64,000 nucleotides of DNA from an uncultured delta proteobacterium. Its GTDB lineage: Bacteria > Myxococcota_A > Polyangia > Fen-1088. Shown here piece after piece: positions 23,048 to 32,819 of the stretch. Within the stretch, counting starts at the first letter, position 1. Each line of letters begins with the position of its first letter. Location of the stretch: contig CAVTRY010000010.1 of the NCBI GenBank assembly GCA_963737265.1, forward strand, positions 1 to 64,000, given 5' to 3'. The notes beneath the pieces were generated by a model. The model saw only the letters and a program-made list of their open reading frames with translations. It was not told the origin of the DNA and made no database searches. The translations under genes and the position numbers were made by a program.

Positions 23048-24720
23048 TCAATGCCCAACCGCCTGCCGTAGAAGTCGCCTACCCGCCCAAGCGCCGAAAA
23101 CCGCCGCCATGAACGCACAGGTCCACGCGAAGATGTCGCCGTGATCGGTGTAGAAGGTGATGTCGTCGCGGAAGCCATATTGGGCAGGGAGCGCATCCGT
23201 TTGATGACGCGGGATGCTCTGGCGAACAACGCCGTAGGGATCGATGGCCGCAGTGACGCCATTGTTGGTGTCGCGCAGAATCCAGCGGCGATTTTCGATG
23301 GCCCGCATGCGCGCCATGTTCAGGTGCTGCCATGGGGCGCTGGTGTCGCCGTACCAGCCATCATCGCTGATGTTGACCAGCACCTCAGCGCCGAGTTGGG
23401 CAAATTGGCGAACCTCGTCGGCAAAGACTGATTCATAGCAAATGAAGACGCCATATTGGTGCGATGGCCGTTGGAGTCGGTCAGCCGGAAGACCTTGCGA
23501 CTGCGCCGCGGTTAAATGCTGAGACCGGCCGGTGAGTTTGTGCGCAAAGAATAAGCAGTTCTTTGAAAGGGAACGTACTCGCCGAAGGGGACGAGGTGGA
23601 TTTTGTCGTAGCGGGCGATTCGCGCCCCATCGGCGCCGACAATCAGAGCGGAGTTGTAGTACTGCCAGGCGCCATCCTGGGTGGATCGAAATCCATCGCC
23701 AATGTTGCCGACAATGAGCGGCGCTTTCTCTGTCTGGGCGATGCCGATGAGCGCATGCTGAAAGCGGGTATCGGATTCGTCGAAGGGCGCAGGCGACTCA
23801 GGCCATGCGACAAGATCGGGATGCGTAGGCCAGGGCGGGCAAACGATCTCGCCATTGGGCGCGCCCGTTTGCGGAATGCCGGCGATATAGGTCTTGCAAT
23901 TCTCGCTGCCAAGCCTGGTGAACTCTGCGATGTGCTGGTCCCATTCGCCGGGCCCGGCCCAGTGGTTGTCGCCGGCTACGTCAAGGTTGGGCTGGATGAG
24001 AACAGCGGTGTCAGTGCCCGCGGGACGTGGCGGCGTGAGCGTGAGGCCCAGCCCGCCGGCGAACAGCAGAACGGCTCCGCTGATGCCCCAGATGCGGCGG
24101 CGTTCGCAAGGCTTGAGCACAATGCCGCCGGCAATGAGTGCGTTGACAGCCACAATTACGAAACTTATGCCATACACACCTGTAAAGGGCGCGAGCTGGT
24201 TGATGAGCGCGTTATCTACCTGCGAGTAGCCAAGCTGATCCCACGGAACGCTGGTGATGCGCGCGGCAGCTAACTCAAGGGCGGCCCAGAGAACCGGCGC
24301 AGCGGCCAAAGCGAGGCGCGTACTGCCGGTTGCCTTGCGAATCAGCATCACACCAAATCCAAAGAATCCGAAGTACAGGCCGAGCACCATGCTGTAGCCA
24401 AGCAGCAAAAGCGTTGGCGCGAACTTTGGCATATCGCCATATCTGGCCATCACGTCGCGGACCCAGTAGCAATTTCCGGTGTACCAGAGAACTCCACAGA
24501 GATAGGCAATGAGAAAACCCCTGCGGAGAGGTCGCGGGCCGTCAACACAAGTTGGAGACAGAAGAGCGATAAGCAGGGGGACCAAACCGAACCAGGCGAA
24601 GACCGAACGCCATGGAGGAAGCGGGCCGGCAAGTGGGAACGGCAACTCAAGGAGCGCAGCAGAGAGCACCGCGGCGGCCCATAGCCTCCAGGCTGCTGAT
24701 TTCAAGAACTGATTGCTCAT
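23048..24720 (-). CDS. lnt: Apolipoprotein N-acyltransferase; frameshifts ~23480-23560
   Basis: Multiple TMs, PWDQLGYSQ, WPES, YDKIHLVPFGEY, ICYES, NISDDGWYG, RAIENRR. Confidence 0.93.
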
Positions 24721-24870
24721 ACAGGGGCGAGTGTATCGCATTGAGGCCAAACGGCACGGGGCTTAGCCAGCCGCCGGTGCCGGAGGAATATTGCTCGACC
24801 AGCCCGGTGCAAATTTGCAGCACGGAAATCTCTTTTTGGGCAAAAGCGAAAACACGCTACAATCTTTTGT

Positions 24871-25044
24871 ATGCTATCGGCAAATTTGGGATTGCTGCTG
24901 CTCGATCCGCTGACCAACATTGCGGTCATTGGACTGCGCGTGCTCGAGGTGATGTTCTTTGCCGGCCTCGTCGGCTCTACCGTCGTGGTGCTCATCAGCT
25001 TCATCGAGGATGGGAAAGAGCTGTTTGGTAAAGACGAAAACTGA
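24871..25044 (+). CDS. 57-aa small membrane protein (absent from ORF track)
   Basis: MLSANLGLLLLDPLTNIAVIGLRVLEVMFFAGLVGSTVVVLISFIEDGKELFGKDEN*: a hydrophobic helix with a charged tail. Confidence 0.65.
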   Translation: MLSANLGLLLLDPLTNIAVIGLRVLEVMFFAGLVGSTVVVLISFIEDGKELFGKDEN

Positions 25045-25183
25045 GCTGTCACTACGGCTGCCAGCGCCCCCTTTATAAATCATTGACACTTCCTTCATTC
25101 AGACTTACACTCACCGGAGGGGCGGGCGATGATCATCGCCTTCTCGAATTTGGAACGCCGAAAACCTCCACGGCACCCACACG

Positions 25184-27547
25184 ATGGCATCTGGCAGAAC
25201 GACCGTAGCCCCTCCTTCAAACCGAGTCCGGCTCATTGTGGCATCTTCCGTGATGCTCACATTTATCTCCTTCTGGCGGGCAGCCTCCATTGTTCTCTGC
25301 GATTTGGGCTCTTCAGCCTTCTATGCAGGGGGCATTGCCGAAGAAGCTGTAGGCGCTGCGGCGCCATGGTTCATCCTCGGCATCATGCTGTTCAGCTTTG
25401 CGGTACGCGCGGTCTATGTCGAGAGCTGTTCGATGTTTACCCGCGGCGGCGTTTACCGCGTAGTGAAGGAAGCGCTGGGCGGGACGTTCGCAAAACTCAG
25501 TGTCTCAGCACTGATGTTCGACTACATTCTTACCGGCCCGATTTCAGGCGTGTCTGCAGGGCAATACATTACAGGGTTAATGAACGAGTTGATGACGGTG
25601 GCCAACAATAGCCACTGGCTTCCTCCCGCATTGCTCTACACGAACGGATCCCCTTTTCAGTTCGACATGAACTACACGTCGGCCGTGTTCGCGGCCATCG
25701 TGACCATCTATTACTGGTGGGAAAACACTAAGGGGATTGAAGAATCAAGCGGCAAAGCCATGCAGGTTATGCAGATTACCACCGTGATGGTGGTGATTCT
25801 CATGGTTTGGGGTGTTTATTCGGTCTTCGTTCGCGGCGCGCATCTGCCACCTCCGCCGACGGTTGCCAATTTAAAGTTCAGTGACGACGCGCTCGGATTC
25901 TTAAAGGGAACACGGCTGGTTCCGCTTTTCGGTGCGTTCGGAATTCTGATGGCGTTTGGCCACTCGGTGCTGGCCATGAGCGGCGAAGAAAGCTTGGCCC
26001 AGGTGAACCGCGAGATTCAGCATCCCAAGCTGAAGAATCTGAAGCGCGCGGCGATCGTGATTGCCATCTACAGCCTGATCTTCACCGGCGGCGCAACGTT
26101 ACTGGCCTCCATGCTGATTCCGACGTATGAGCGGACGCATATCTACCAGGACAACCTGATTGCCGGACTCGCCATGTTCATGGTGGGCCCCATGTTCTGG
26201 CGAATCGCCTTCCGCATCTTTGTGGTGCTGGTGGGTTTTCTCATTCTTTCTGGCGCGATCAATACTTCGATGATCGGCTCGACCGGCGTGCTGATGCGCG
26301 TGGCTGAAGATGGCGTGCTGACCGATTGGTTCCGCAAGCCGCATCCCAGGTTCGGCACGAGTTATCGAATAGTCAATCTTGTTTTTGGTTTGCAGATGTT
26401 CACCATCATCGTCACCCGGGGCAACGTGATCACCTTGGGCGAGGCGTATGCTTTCGGCGTCATCTGGTCGTTCACCTTCAATAGCCTGGCGATGCTTGTG
26501 CTGCGCTGGAAGTATCACGGCGAGCGCGGATGGAAGGTTCCGCCGAATGTGCGCATCGGAAAGACCGAGATACCTATCGGACTGTTCTCAGTTTTTCTGG
26601 TTCTGCTCTCGACTGCCATCGTGAACCTGTTCACAAAGTCAGTGGCCACCGTCAGCGGTGTTATTTTTGCCGCGGCATTCTTCATCATCTTCTCCATCTC
26701 TGAGCGGCAAAACCAGAAGAAGCATGCCATCACCGCCCGGGAGATGAAAGACCACTTCCAACTGGAACACCAGGACACCATCAGCCGCGAATCCGTTGCC
26801 ATCCGGCCGGGCGGGATCATGGTTACGATGCGCGACCCGTCAAATCCCCTGGCGCTGAAATGGACGCTTTCTCGCACCAGCACCGACGAGCAGGACGTTG
26901 TGGTGATCAGCGTGCGCATGATGGGCGTGGGCGGCCCTGAATTCCTGAACGCCGAGCAACAGAGCTTTAGTGAGCACGAACAGATGGTGTTCACCAAGGC
27001 TGTCGCCATTGCTGAAAGCTTTGGCAAGAAAGTCTCGCTGCTGGTGGTTCCCGCCGGAGATGTTTTCGCAGCCTTGGCGCAGGGTGCAAACTCGCTTGAG
27101 GTGGACTCAGTGGTTTCGAGCGTCTCCTCAAAAATGTCGGTGGAAGATCAGGCATTCCATATGGGACAGGCGTGGGAAGCGTTGCCTGAGCCCAAGCGCC
27201 AGTTCAACTTCTATGTCGTGGATCCCGCAGGCGAAACTAAGGTATTTTACATTGGACCGCATGCGCCAAATCTGCAACCCGACGACGTGCAGTTAGTCCA
27301 TCGACTCTGGCTTAACATGCGCCGTGACCCGTCAGTGCAGGACCTCCATCACAGCGACATCATTACTTATGCTTTGACCCGGCTGGCCGGACAATACGCG
27401 CGAGAGAAACAAGAGATTCTTCGAGACCTGCGCAACTTCCGGGCCATCGAGTCACCCGCTTCAGCACGCCTCGGCGGACAGGACCTACCCTCAGTACCGC
27501 CCGCATCTTTGCCCCCTCCTCCCCCTCCAAGGTCGCCGCGCAGTTAA
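25184..27547 (+). CDS. APC-family permease with soluble C-terminal domain
   Basis: About 12 hydrophobic segments, DLGSSAFYAGG, GGVYRVV, MSGEESLAQ, and a C-terminal alpha/beta domain. Confidence 0.9.
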   Translation: MASGRTTVAPPSNRVRLIVASSVMLTFISFWRAASIVLCDLGSSAFYAGGIAEEAVGAAAPWFILGIMLFSFAVRAVYVESCSMFTRGGVYRVVKEALGGTFAKLSVSALMFDYILTGPISGVSAGQYITGLMNELMTVANNSHWLPPALLYTNGSPFQFDMNYTSAVFAAIVTIYYWWENTKGIEESSGKAMQVMQITTVMVVILMVWGVYSVFVRGAHLPPPPTVANLKFSDDALGFLKGTRLVPLFGAFGILMAFGHSVLAMSGEESLAQVNREIQHPKLKNLKRAAIVIAIYSLIFTGGATLLASMLIPTYERTHIYQDNLIAGLAMFMVGPMFWRIAFRIFVVLVGFLILSGAINTSMIGSTGVLMRVAEDGVLTDWFRKPHPRFGTSYRIVNLVFGLQMFTIIVTRGNVITLGEAYAFGVIWSFTFNSLAMLVLRWKYHGERGWKVPPNVRIGKTEIPIGLFSVFLVLLSTAIVNLFTKSVATVSGVIFAAAFFIIFSISERQNQKKHAITAREMKDHFQLEHQDTISRESVAIRPGGIMVTMRDPSNPLALKWTLSRTSTDEQDVVVISVRMMGVGGPEFLNAEQQSFSEHEQMVFTKAVAIAESFGKKVSLLVVPAGDVFAALAQGANSLEVDSVVSSVSSKMSVEDQAFHMGQAWEALPEPKRQFNFYVVDPAGETKVFYIGPHAPNLQPDDVQLVHRLWLNMRRDPSVQDLHHSDIITYALTRLAGQYAREKQEILRDLRNFRAIESPASARLGGQDLPSVPPASLPPPPPPRSPRS

Positions 27548-27925
27548 CCCGAGTCTCTCTCAAAGTGCAAGTTTGTTGAGAAGATGAGTCACATCAGACG
27601 CGTGAATTCTCCACGGAGAGATTGAACGGTCAAGCTAAACGATTTACCTGAAGAATTAATGGCCGGGAATGTCCTTCGACCTCTTATGTCAAGAAAACGA
27701 TCCACGAATTTGACGCATCTACATTCGTATAAAGTCGCCGAATTGCGAGGCTGAAGCCCTAGCTTGGAAGCAGTGACTTTTGGGCGATCTTCGAACTTTT
27801 TGTTTGTAAAAGAGTCTACAGTTGCGTATTGTCTTTCACAGGACAAGGGGCGGGCTTGTGGCTGAGTCGCCTTTTGAGCAACGGATCAGGACTCCATCAC
27901 TTATCAGGACCGCATAGGAGGTACC

Positions 27926-28159
27926 GTGGGAGTTTTAGAGATTCTGGCAGAGATTGATCGCGAGATCGCCCAGTTGCAACAGGCACGGGCACTGTTGGCC
28001 GGCAAAGCCGCGCCTGCTCCTAAGAAAGCCGCAGCAGCCCCATCCGCGAAGAAGAAGACCAGGAAAAAGAGAAATCTAACTCCCGAAGGGCGGAAGCGGA
28101 TTGCCGAGGCAGTGAAACGCCGCTGGGCAGAGCAGAAGAAGGCCGCATCCGCAAAGTAA
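27926..28159 (+). CDS. Small basic Lys/Ala-rich protein (nucleoid-associated-like)
   Basis: AGGAGG RBS, N-terminal coiled coil, KKAAAAPSAKKK linker, RNLTPEGRKRIAEAVKRRWA. Confidence 0.8.
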   Translation: MGVLEILAEIDREIAQLQQARALLAGKAAPAPKKAAAAPSAKKKTRKKRNLTPEGRKRIAEAVKRRWAEQKKAASAK

Positions 28160-28205
28160 GCCGGCCCGATTTCTGCCGCCGTTTTTCAACCTTGGCTGTT
28201 TCGTA

Positions 28206-28910
28206 CTAGATAGTTTGCCCCGGCGACCATTGCACGACCTCTACGTCCGCGTCTACAAGTGCAGCAAGTTCCGTGGGAGTTCCCGTCAAGGGCGGGAACG
28301 TACCGAAGTGCAAAGGAAGAATTCTCTTTGCTCCCAGAAGCCGGACCGCCGCGGCGGCTTCCTTCGGCCCCATGGTGTAATACCCGCCGATGGGAAGCAT
28401 CGCAACCTGGGGCTTGTAGAGTTCACCAATCAGCTTCATGTCTCCAAAGACCGTTGTATCCCCGGAGTGATAGAGAACCGGGCCTCCCTCAACGGTGAGT
28501 ACAAAGCCGGCGGCAACTCCCACGTAATGCGTTCCCGACTCATCCTGCGCACCGGCTGAGTGCTTGGCATCGACCATGGTTGCGGTTACATCGTCCAGTT
28601 GCACGCTTCCACCGAGATTCATCCCGATAGTGTTGGTAACTCCTTTGCCGGCAACGTAGGCCGCGAGCTCATAGATAGCGACCACCGTTGAACCATGGCT
28701 TTTGGCGACTGGAACCGCGTCAGACATATGATCGCCGTGCCCATGAGTTAGAAGTATGTATTGGATTGTGGCGGGAAGCGTGAAGCCTTTGGGATACTTA
28801 GGATTCTGCTCGATGAACGGATCGATCAGGATGTTTGTTCCCCGGGGCGTTTGAACCAAAACGGTAGAGTGGCCAAGCCAGGTAATACGAGTCTTCTCAA
28901 ATGAGCTCAT
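28206..28910 (-). CDS. Metallo-beta-lactamase-fold hydrolase (UPF0173-like)
   Basis: ITWLGHS, IDPF, THGHGDH, YHSGDT, LPIGG, PLHFGTF. Confidence 0.9.
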   Translation of the reverse strand: MSSFEKTRITWLGHSTVLVQTPRGTNILIDPFIEQNPKYPKGFTLPATIQYILLTHGHGDHMSDAVPVAKSHGSTVVAIYELAAYVAGKGVTNTIGMNLGGSVQLDDVTATMVDAKHSAGAQDESGTHYVGVAAGFVLTVEGGPVLYHSGDTTVFGDMKLIGELYKPQVAMLPIGGYYTMGPKEAAAAVRLLGAKRILPLHFGTFPPLTGTPTELAALVDADVEVVQWSPGQTI

Positions 28911-28986
28911 GAAACCTCCTTGGGATCCCCCTCGTGGCGTGCGGTGGCGAATATGTGATGCGATGGCTCTTCGGAGGGAAGCCTCT

Positions 28987-29640
28987 TCACCGCGTCATGA
29001 TGACTTCAGACACGCTGTCTTTCGCCAGGAACTGTTTGTGCCCCGACCAACCGGCAAACAGACGCTCAATGCTTCGGTTTGTAAATGCCCGTTGAATGGG
29101 GAACTGTTGGGTGAGTTGCATTTCGACATCGTCGGTAGGAGTTAGGTGAAAACGGCATCGCGTTGTTTCTTCGCCATGGGTTCGGGTATGAAAAAATGCG
29201 AGCACCTGACCTCCGGAATTCATGGCTCCACGCAGATGGTCCACGAGAGGCTTGACAAGCGGCTCAGGCAGATAATCGAGCGCGGTCCATAGCAGCACAA
29301 CATCGAACATCCGCCCGGAAAAATTCAAAGATTGATCAAGATATTCTTTGTCGTTCCAGATCGGTTTGCCGTCTTCATCCTCGCCAATCTTCCAGTCTAC
29401 CGTCCATGCGTCGTGGACAAGATCGGCCATAAAGACACTATGGCCCAGGCCGGTGAGGTAGTTGATATTTGTGGGGGAGGTGTACCCTACATCGATTACG
29501 CGCAGGCCGGACTCGCTCTCAAGCCTTTTGCGCAAGGTCGACCACCCACCGGAATGACGTGGCACTTTGGGCCCGCTAAACCCCGGAGCGGAAGGGGTTG
29601 GGCCGCTGTCCTGCTTCTTGTCAAACCAACGGCTAAGCAA
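28987..29640 (-). CDS. Class I SAM-dependent methyltransferase-like protein
   Basis: VIDVG, FDVVLLWTALDYL and GGQVLAF resemble class I MTase motifs. Confidence 0.6.
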   Translation of the reverse strand: MLSRWFDKKQDSGPTPSAPGFSGPKVPRHSGGWSTLRKRLESESGLRVIDVGYTSPTNINYLTGLGHSVFMADLVHDAWTVDWKIGEDEDGKPIWNDKEYLDQSLNFSGRMFDVVLLWTALDYLPEPLVKPLVDHLRGAMNSGGQVLAFFHTRTHGEETTRCRFHLTPTDDVEMQLTQQFPIQRAFTNRSIERLFAGWSGHKQFLAKDSVSEVIMTR

Positions 29641-29700
29641 TCAGAAGTCCTCTTGCGGTGGAACCGACACGGGATTCGCCGCACGGCAGAACCCATCCCG

Positions 29701-30084
29701 TCAAAAAATCCCCCCGGACGGCGGCGGATTGGCTCCATCCGGGCCTTTAGCAACGGCTTGCGTCAGATCGACTTTGCCGCGAAATACCGCGTTGTCTTCC
29801 ACGGCCAGGCGAAGAGCGCGAATATCGCCTTCGACGATGCAGCCCGCGCGCAACTCGACGCGGCCGCTGGCCACAACGTTGCCCTGGACGTGGCCCAGGA
29901 TCAGCACGTCGCGGGCAGAAAGGTCGGCCGCAACATTTGCGTTGGCGCCGATGGTCAACCGGCTCTCGGAGAGGCTTACAGTGCCCTCCACGCGCCCATC
30001 CACAATGAGATCTTCACTTCCCTTGACTTCGCCGCAAATCACGACGCTTTTGCCGATGCGCGCTGGAGAATTCTCCACTGCCAT
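29701..30084 (-). CDS. Bactofilin (polymer-forming cytoskeletal protein)
   Basis: IGKSVVICGEVKGSEDLIVDGRVEG...GNVVASGRVEL...VEGDI...VEDNAVFRG. Confidence 0.92.
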   Translation of the reverse strand: MAVENSPARIGKSVVICGEVKGSEDLIVDGRVEGTVSLSESRLTIGANANVAADLSARDVLILGHVQGNVVASGRVELRAGCIVEGDIRALRLAVEDNAVFRGKVDLTQAVAKGPDGANPPPSGGIF

Positions 30085-30237
30085 AATTTTTGATCCTTCC
30101 GAGAGGCAAAACAAGCCCCTGCCCGAACTATACGCAAAGCGGGCGCATTGCTTCAATCCAGCGGTCGCCATAACAGTCGAATCCAAGTTTCCCGCCCAGC
30201 GTCTAACCAGAGGTGAACCACTGCGAGGTCTGCCAGT

Positions 30238-31146
30238 TTGCCGTTGCCAGTTAAACTAGACCGTGTGTGTAGTCCATGGCCGGGTCACGGCGTTCTTACT
30301 TTGGTCACTCTCCTGTGGACCACCCTTTGCGCCGTGCCGGCTGGAGGGCAAGCCGGCACGGCCGTAATCTCCTCTGCAGAGGCGCAGGCGCTGGTGCAGC
30401 ACGCACTCGCGTCGGAACTGATCGCGGCACAGGACCAGGACCATCCGATGCGCTTCCGGCTGCGCAAATCGAGCCCAAGGCTCACAACAACCAAGGACAT
30501 TCTGGAAACCAAAGACGGCATGGTGGCCCGCATGGTGGCTTTGAATGACAAGCCTCTATCCCAGGCTGACGAGCAGACGGAGCAAGCGCGTTTGGATGAC
30601 CTGGTGAGAGACCCGGGAAAACAAAGTCGCCGAAAGCAACGGGAAGACGATGACGCCGCGCATGCGTTGAAGGTACTTCGCGCGCTTCCCAAGGCCTTCG
30701 TGTATCAGTATGCAGGCAGCGCCGCCGGCCCGAGTGGAGCAATCGAGAAGTTCACTTTCAGCCCAAACCCGAGATTCAATCCGCCTGACATTGAATCGCT
30801 GGCGCTGACGGAGATGAGCGGGGAGTTGTGGATTGACTCAGCACACCAGCGAGTGACGCGCCTGGAGGGCCACCTGCAACAGGACGCGGATTTTGGCTGG
30901 GGAATCCTGGGAAGACTGAACAAGGGCGGCTGGGTGAGGATTGAGCAGGCCGATGTGGGGGCGGGTCAGTGGCGGATTGTGCGCTTCAAGATGGTGATGA
31001 GCGGAAGGGTTCTGTTTAAAACAAAAGTCTTCGATACAACGGAAGAGCAGACCGACTTTCAACCGCTCCCGGTGGGGCTTGGTTACCAGAAAGCAATTCA
31101 GATGCTGCGGGCAACGCCGGGAGGCGTAACGCAAGCGCAAGAATAA
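30238..31146 (+). CDS. Secreted hypothetical protein
   Basis: Signal-like N-terminus and a clean 302-aa ORF with beta-rich GELWID and DFGWGILG segments. Confidence 0.75.
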   Translation: MPLPVKLDRVCSPWPGHGVLTLVTLLWTTLCAVPAGGQAGTAVISSAEAQALVQHALASELIAAQDQDHPMRFRLRKSSPRLTTTKDILETKDGMVARMVALNDKPLSQADEQTEQARLDDLVRDPGKQSRRKQREDDDAAHALKVLRALPKAFVYQYAGSAAGPSGAIEKFTFSPNPRFNPPDIESLALTEMSGELWIDSAHQRVTRLEGHLQQDADFGWGILGRLNKGGWVRIEQADVGAGQWRIVRFKMVMSGRVLFKTKVFDTTEEQTDFQPLPVGLGYQKAIQMLRATPGGVTQAQE

Positions 31147-31161
31147 GCTGCCCGGAGAACC

Positions 31162-31205
31162 AAAACAAAACCGCCTCACCGTCATCGGTGAGGCCGTTTT
31201 GTTTT
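31162..31205. terminator. Bidirectional intrinsic terminator
   Basis: AAAACAAAAC-C-GCCTCACCG loop CGGTGAGGC-C-GTTTTGTTTT between convergent genes. Confidence 0.8.
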
Positions 31206-31220
31206 CCCGCAAAGAACTCA

Positions 31221-31517
31221 CTACATCTTCAAGAAAACCATCAGCAGGGTGAACAGGGTGAGGGACTCGATGAATGCCAGGCCAAGAATCAGGAAAGTGA
31301 AGATTCCGGGGCGGGCGCCTGGGTTGCGAGCCAGCGCTTCTACGGCCGAGCCGACTGCGCGGCCTTGAGCCAGGCCGCAAAGACCCGCGGCGAGCCCCAT
31401 GCCGAGACCAACGCCGATGGGAACGAGACTGGTTGCGGTTGAGCCGCCGTCGGCGAATGCCGGAGTGGCGAAGCAAAGTGCGGCGAGGGCCATAAACAGA
31501 TATTGAAGCTTGCGCAT
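31221..31517 (-). CDS. atpE: ATP synthase F0 subunit c with N-terminal extension
   Basis: GxGxG helix, ARNP loop, FIESL carboxylate. Confidence 0.95.
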   Translation of the reverse strand: MRKLQYLFMALAALCFATPAFADGGSTATSLVPIGVGLGMGLAAGLCGLAQGRAVGSAVEALARNPGARPGIFTFLILGLAFIESLTLFTLLMVFLKM

Positions 31518-31669
31518 GTTTCTCCTGCTTCCGATGATTTGACCGCCAGTGGGTGGTTGAGGTTCACCGTGCTGACCCCCTCACGCTGGCAGCCGTTCGT
31601 TTATCCGGAGCGGAAGCGCCCTCCGGCGAATTCCCTGTCTCGCTAGAGCGAGAGTTGAAGCCCAAGACC

Positions 31670-31726
31670 TTAGTGATCGTGTGAAACCGCAAGCGCGAGG
31701 TAGATCATCGACAGCAGCATGAACAC
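31670..31726 (-). CDS. atpB: ATP synthase F0 subunit a, C-terminal fragment only
   Basis: VFMLLSMIYLALAVSHDH* upstream of atpE. Upstream of 31727 the expected QAY helix is replaced by unrelated sequence. Confidence 0.8.
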   Translation of the reverse strand: MFMLLSMIYLALAVSHDH

Positions 31727-31854
31727 GCCCGCACCGACATATCTCGCCGGCTTTGTCGTGCGACATCGGCCCGGGCTGTGAACGGCGCTAGGGGCATACC
31801 GTGCAGACGAGCTCTCAGCGGGACGCATCGGGTTCGCATCCGGGCTCGCGGCCG

Positions 31855-32104
31855 GGTAGTGGGTCAGTTTGAATATGTCAGGCTGACGAGCACTCCACCG
31901 ATGATCATGCCCGCAAAGAGGCCCGGCAGGCCGAACCTTGCGCTCCCGGCGAGCGCAAGCGCGATACCAACGGCATAGAACAACGGTCTCCGGTAGCGCA
32001 TGATTCCCCGCACGCCGACGGAGTGTAACCGTCGATCAGCTCCGCAATCTCGGTCAGGGACCAAACGTGGTCGGCTACGCCAGCGGCCATCGCCGGCGGT
32101 GTCG
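31855..32104 (-). mobile_element. IS1-like element remnant (one end, transposase tail, passenger gene)
   Basis: End-like sequence GGTAGTGGGTCAGTTTGAA at 31855. Minus-strand peptide TPPAMAAGVADHVWSLTEIAELID resembles a transposase C-terminus. Confidence 0.6.
31864..32001 (-). CDS. 45-aa hydrophobic passenger protein
   Basis: MRYRRPLFYAVGIALALAGSARFGLPGLFAGMIIGGVLVSLTYSN*; the stop falls inside the IS end. Confidence 0.45.
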   Translation of the reverse strand: MRYRRPLFYAVGIALALAGSARFGLPGLFAGMIIGGVLVSLTYSN

Positions 32105-32639
32105 CTACAGCGAATCGCTCTTCTCCCGGTTGCACTCGGCGCACAGCAGCTGCAGGTTCTCGAGCGTCGTGGCGCCTCCAAGCGCGACCGGCAGCACGTG
32201 GTCGTACTGGAGCTCGAAGCTCGAGCCGCATTGCACGCAGCGGCCACCGTCACGCTCGTACACCGCACGGCCGAGCTCGTCTTGGGATCGGCTCTCGTGT
32301 AGGGATCCCATTCTCTTCGGCGCGCATGAGACTGCGCGCGCTCTGGAGCCTGGCTCGAGCCCGCCGCTCGCGCTGGAGCGCGAGCGCCTTCACGTCTTCT
32401 GCCGCGAGCCCCTCGTCGTCCCAGTAGAACCTCTCATGGAACAACCACATGGTCCGTCGGCCGCTGTGGCACATAGCGACGGGCTCATCGCGCGCAGCGC
32501 TCCTGATCGCCGCGATCGCGTTCGGCTTGAAGCGCTCCGCGTGGATCCGCCGTCCGGAACGAACCGCGTATCGACCCGTGACCACATTCCACACGCTCCA
32601 GGGAAGTCGCACTATTTCGGCGTTGTTGTCGACGCGCAA
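32105..32639 (-). CDS. HNH endonuclease; frameshift ~32285
   Basis: VYERDGGRCVQCG...YDHVLPVALGG...NLQLLCAECNREK. Confidence 0.85.
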
Positions 32640-32819
32640 GAATCTCGATCCTTTGTATGCCGGCTTATCGGCAACGGTCGGCGACGGATTTAGCGGTCGG
32701 GATTCGGTTCAGGGTGCAAATCATGAGTCGCAGGCGTATGCGGTCCCACGAGCCGGGTCGTTTTGCATCGCCTGGGTACGCGTCGCGGTTCTCCTCACTG
32801 GTCTTAGGCTCGCCGGTCG

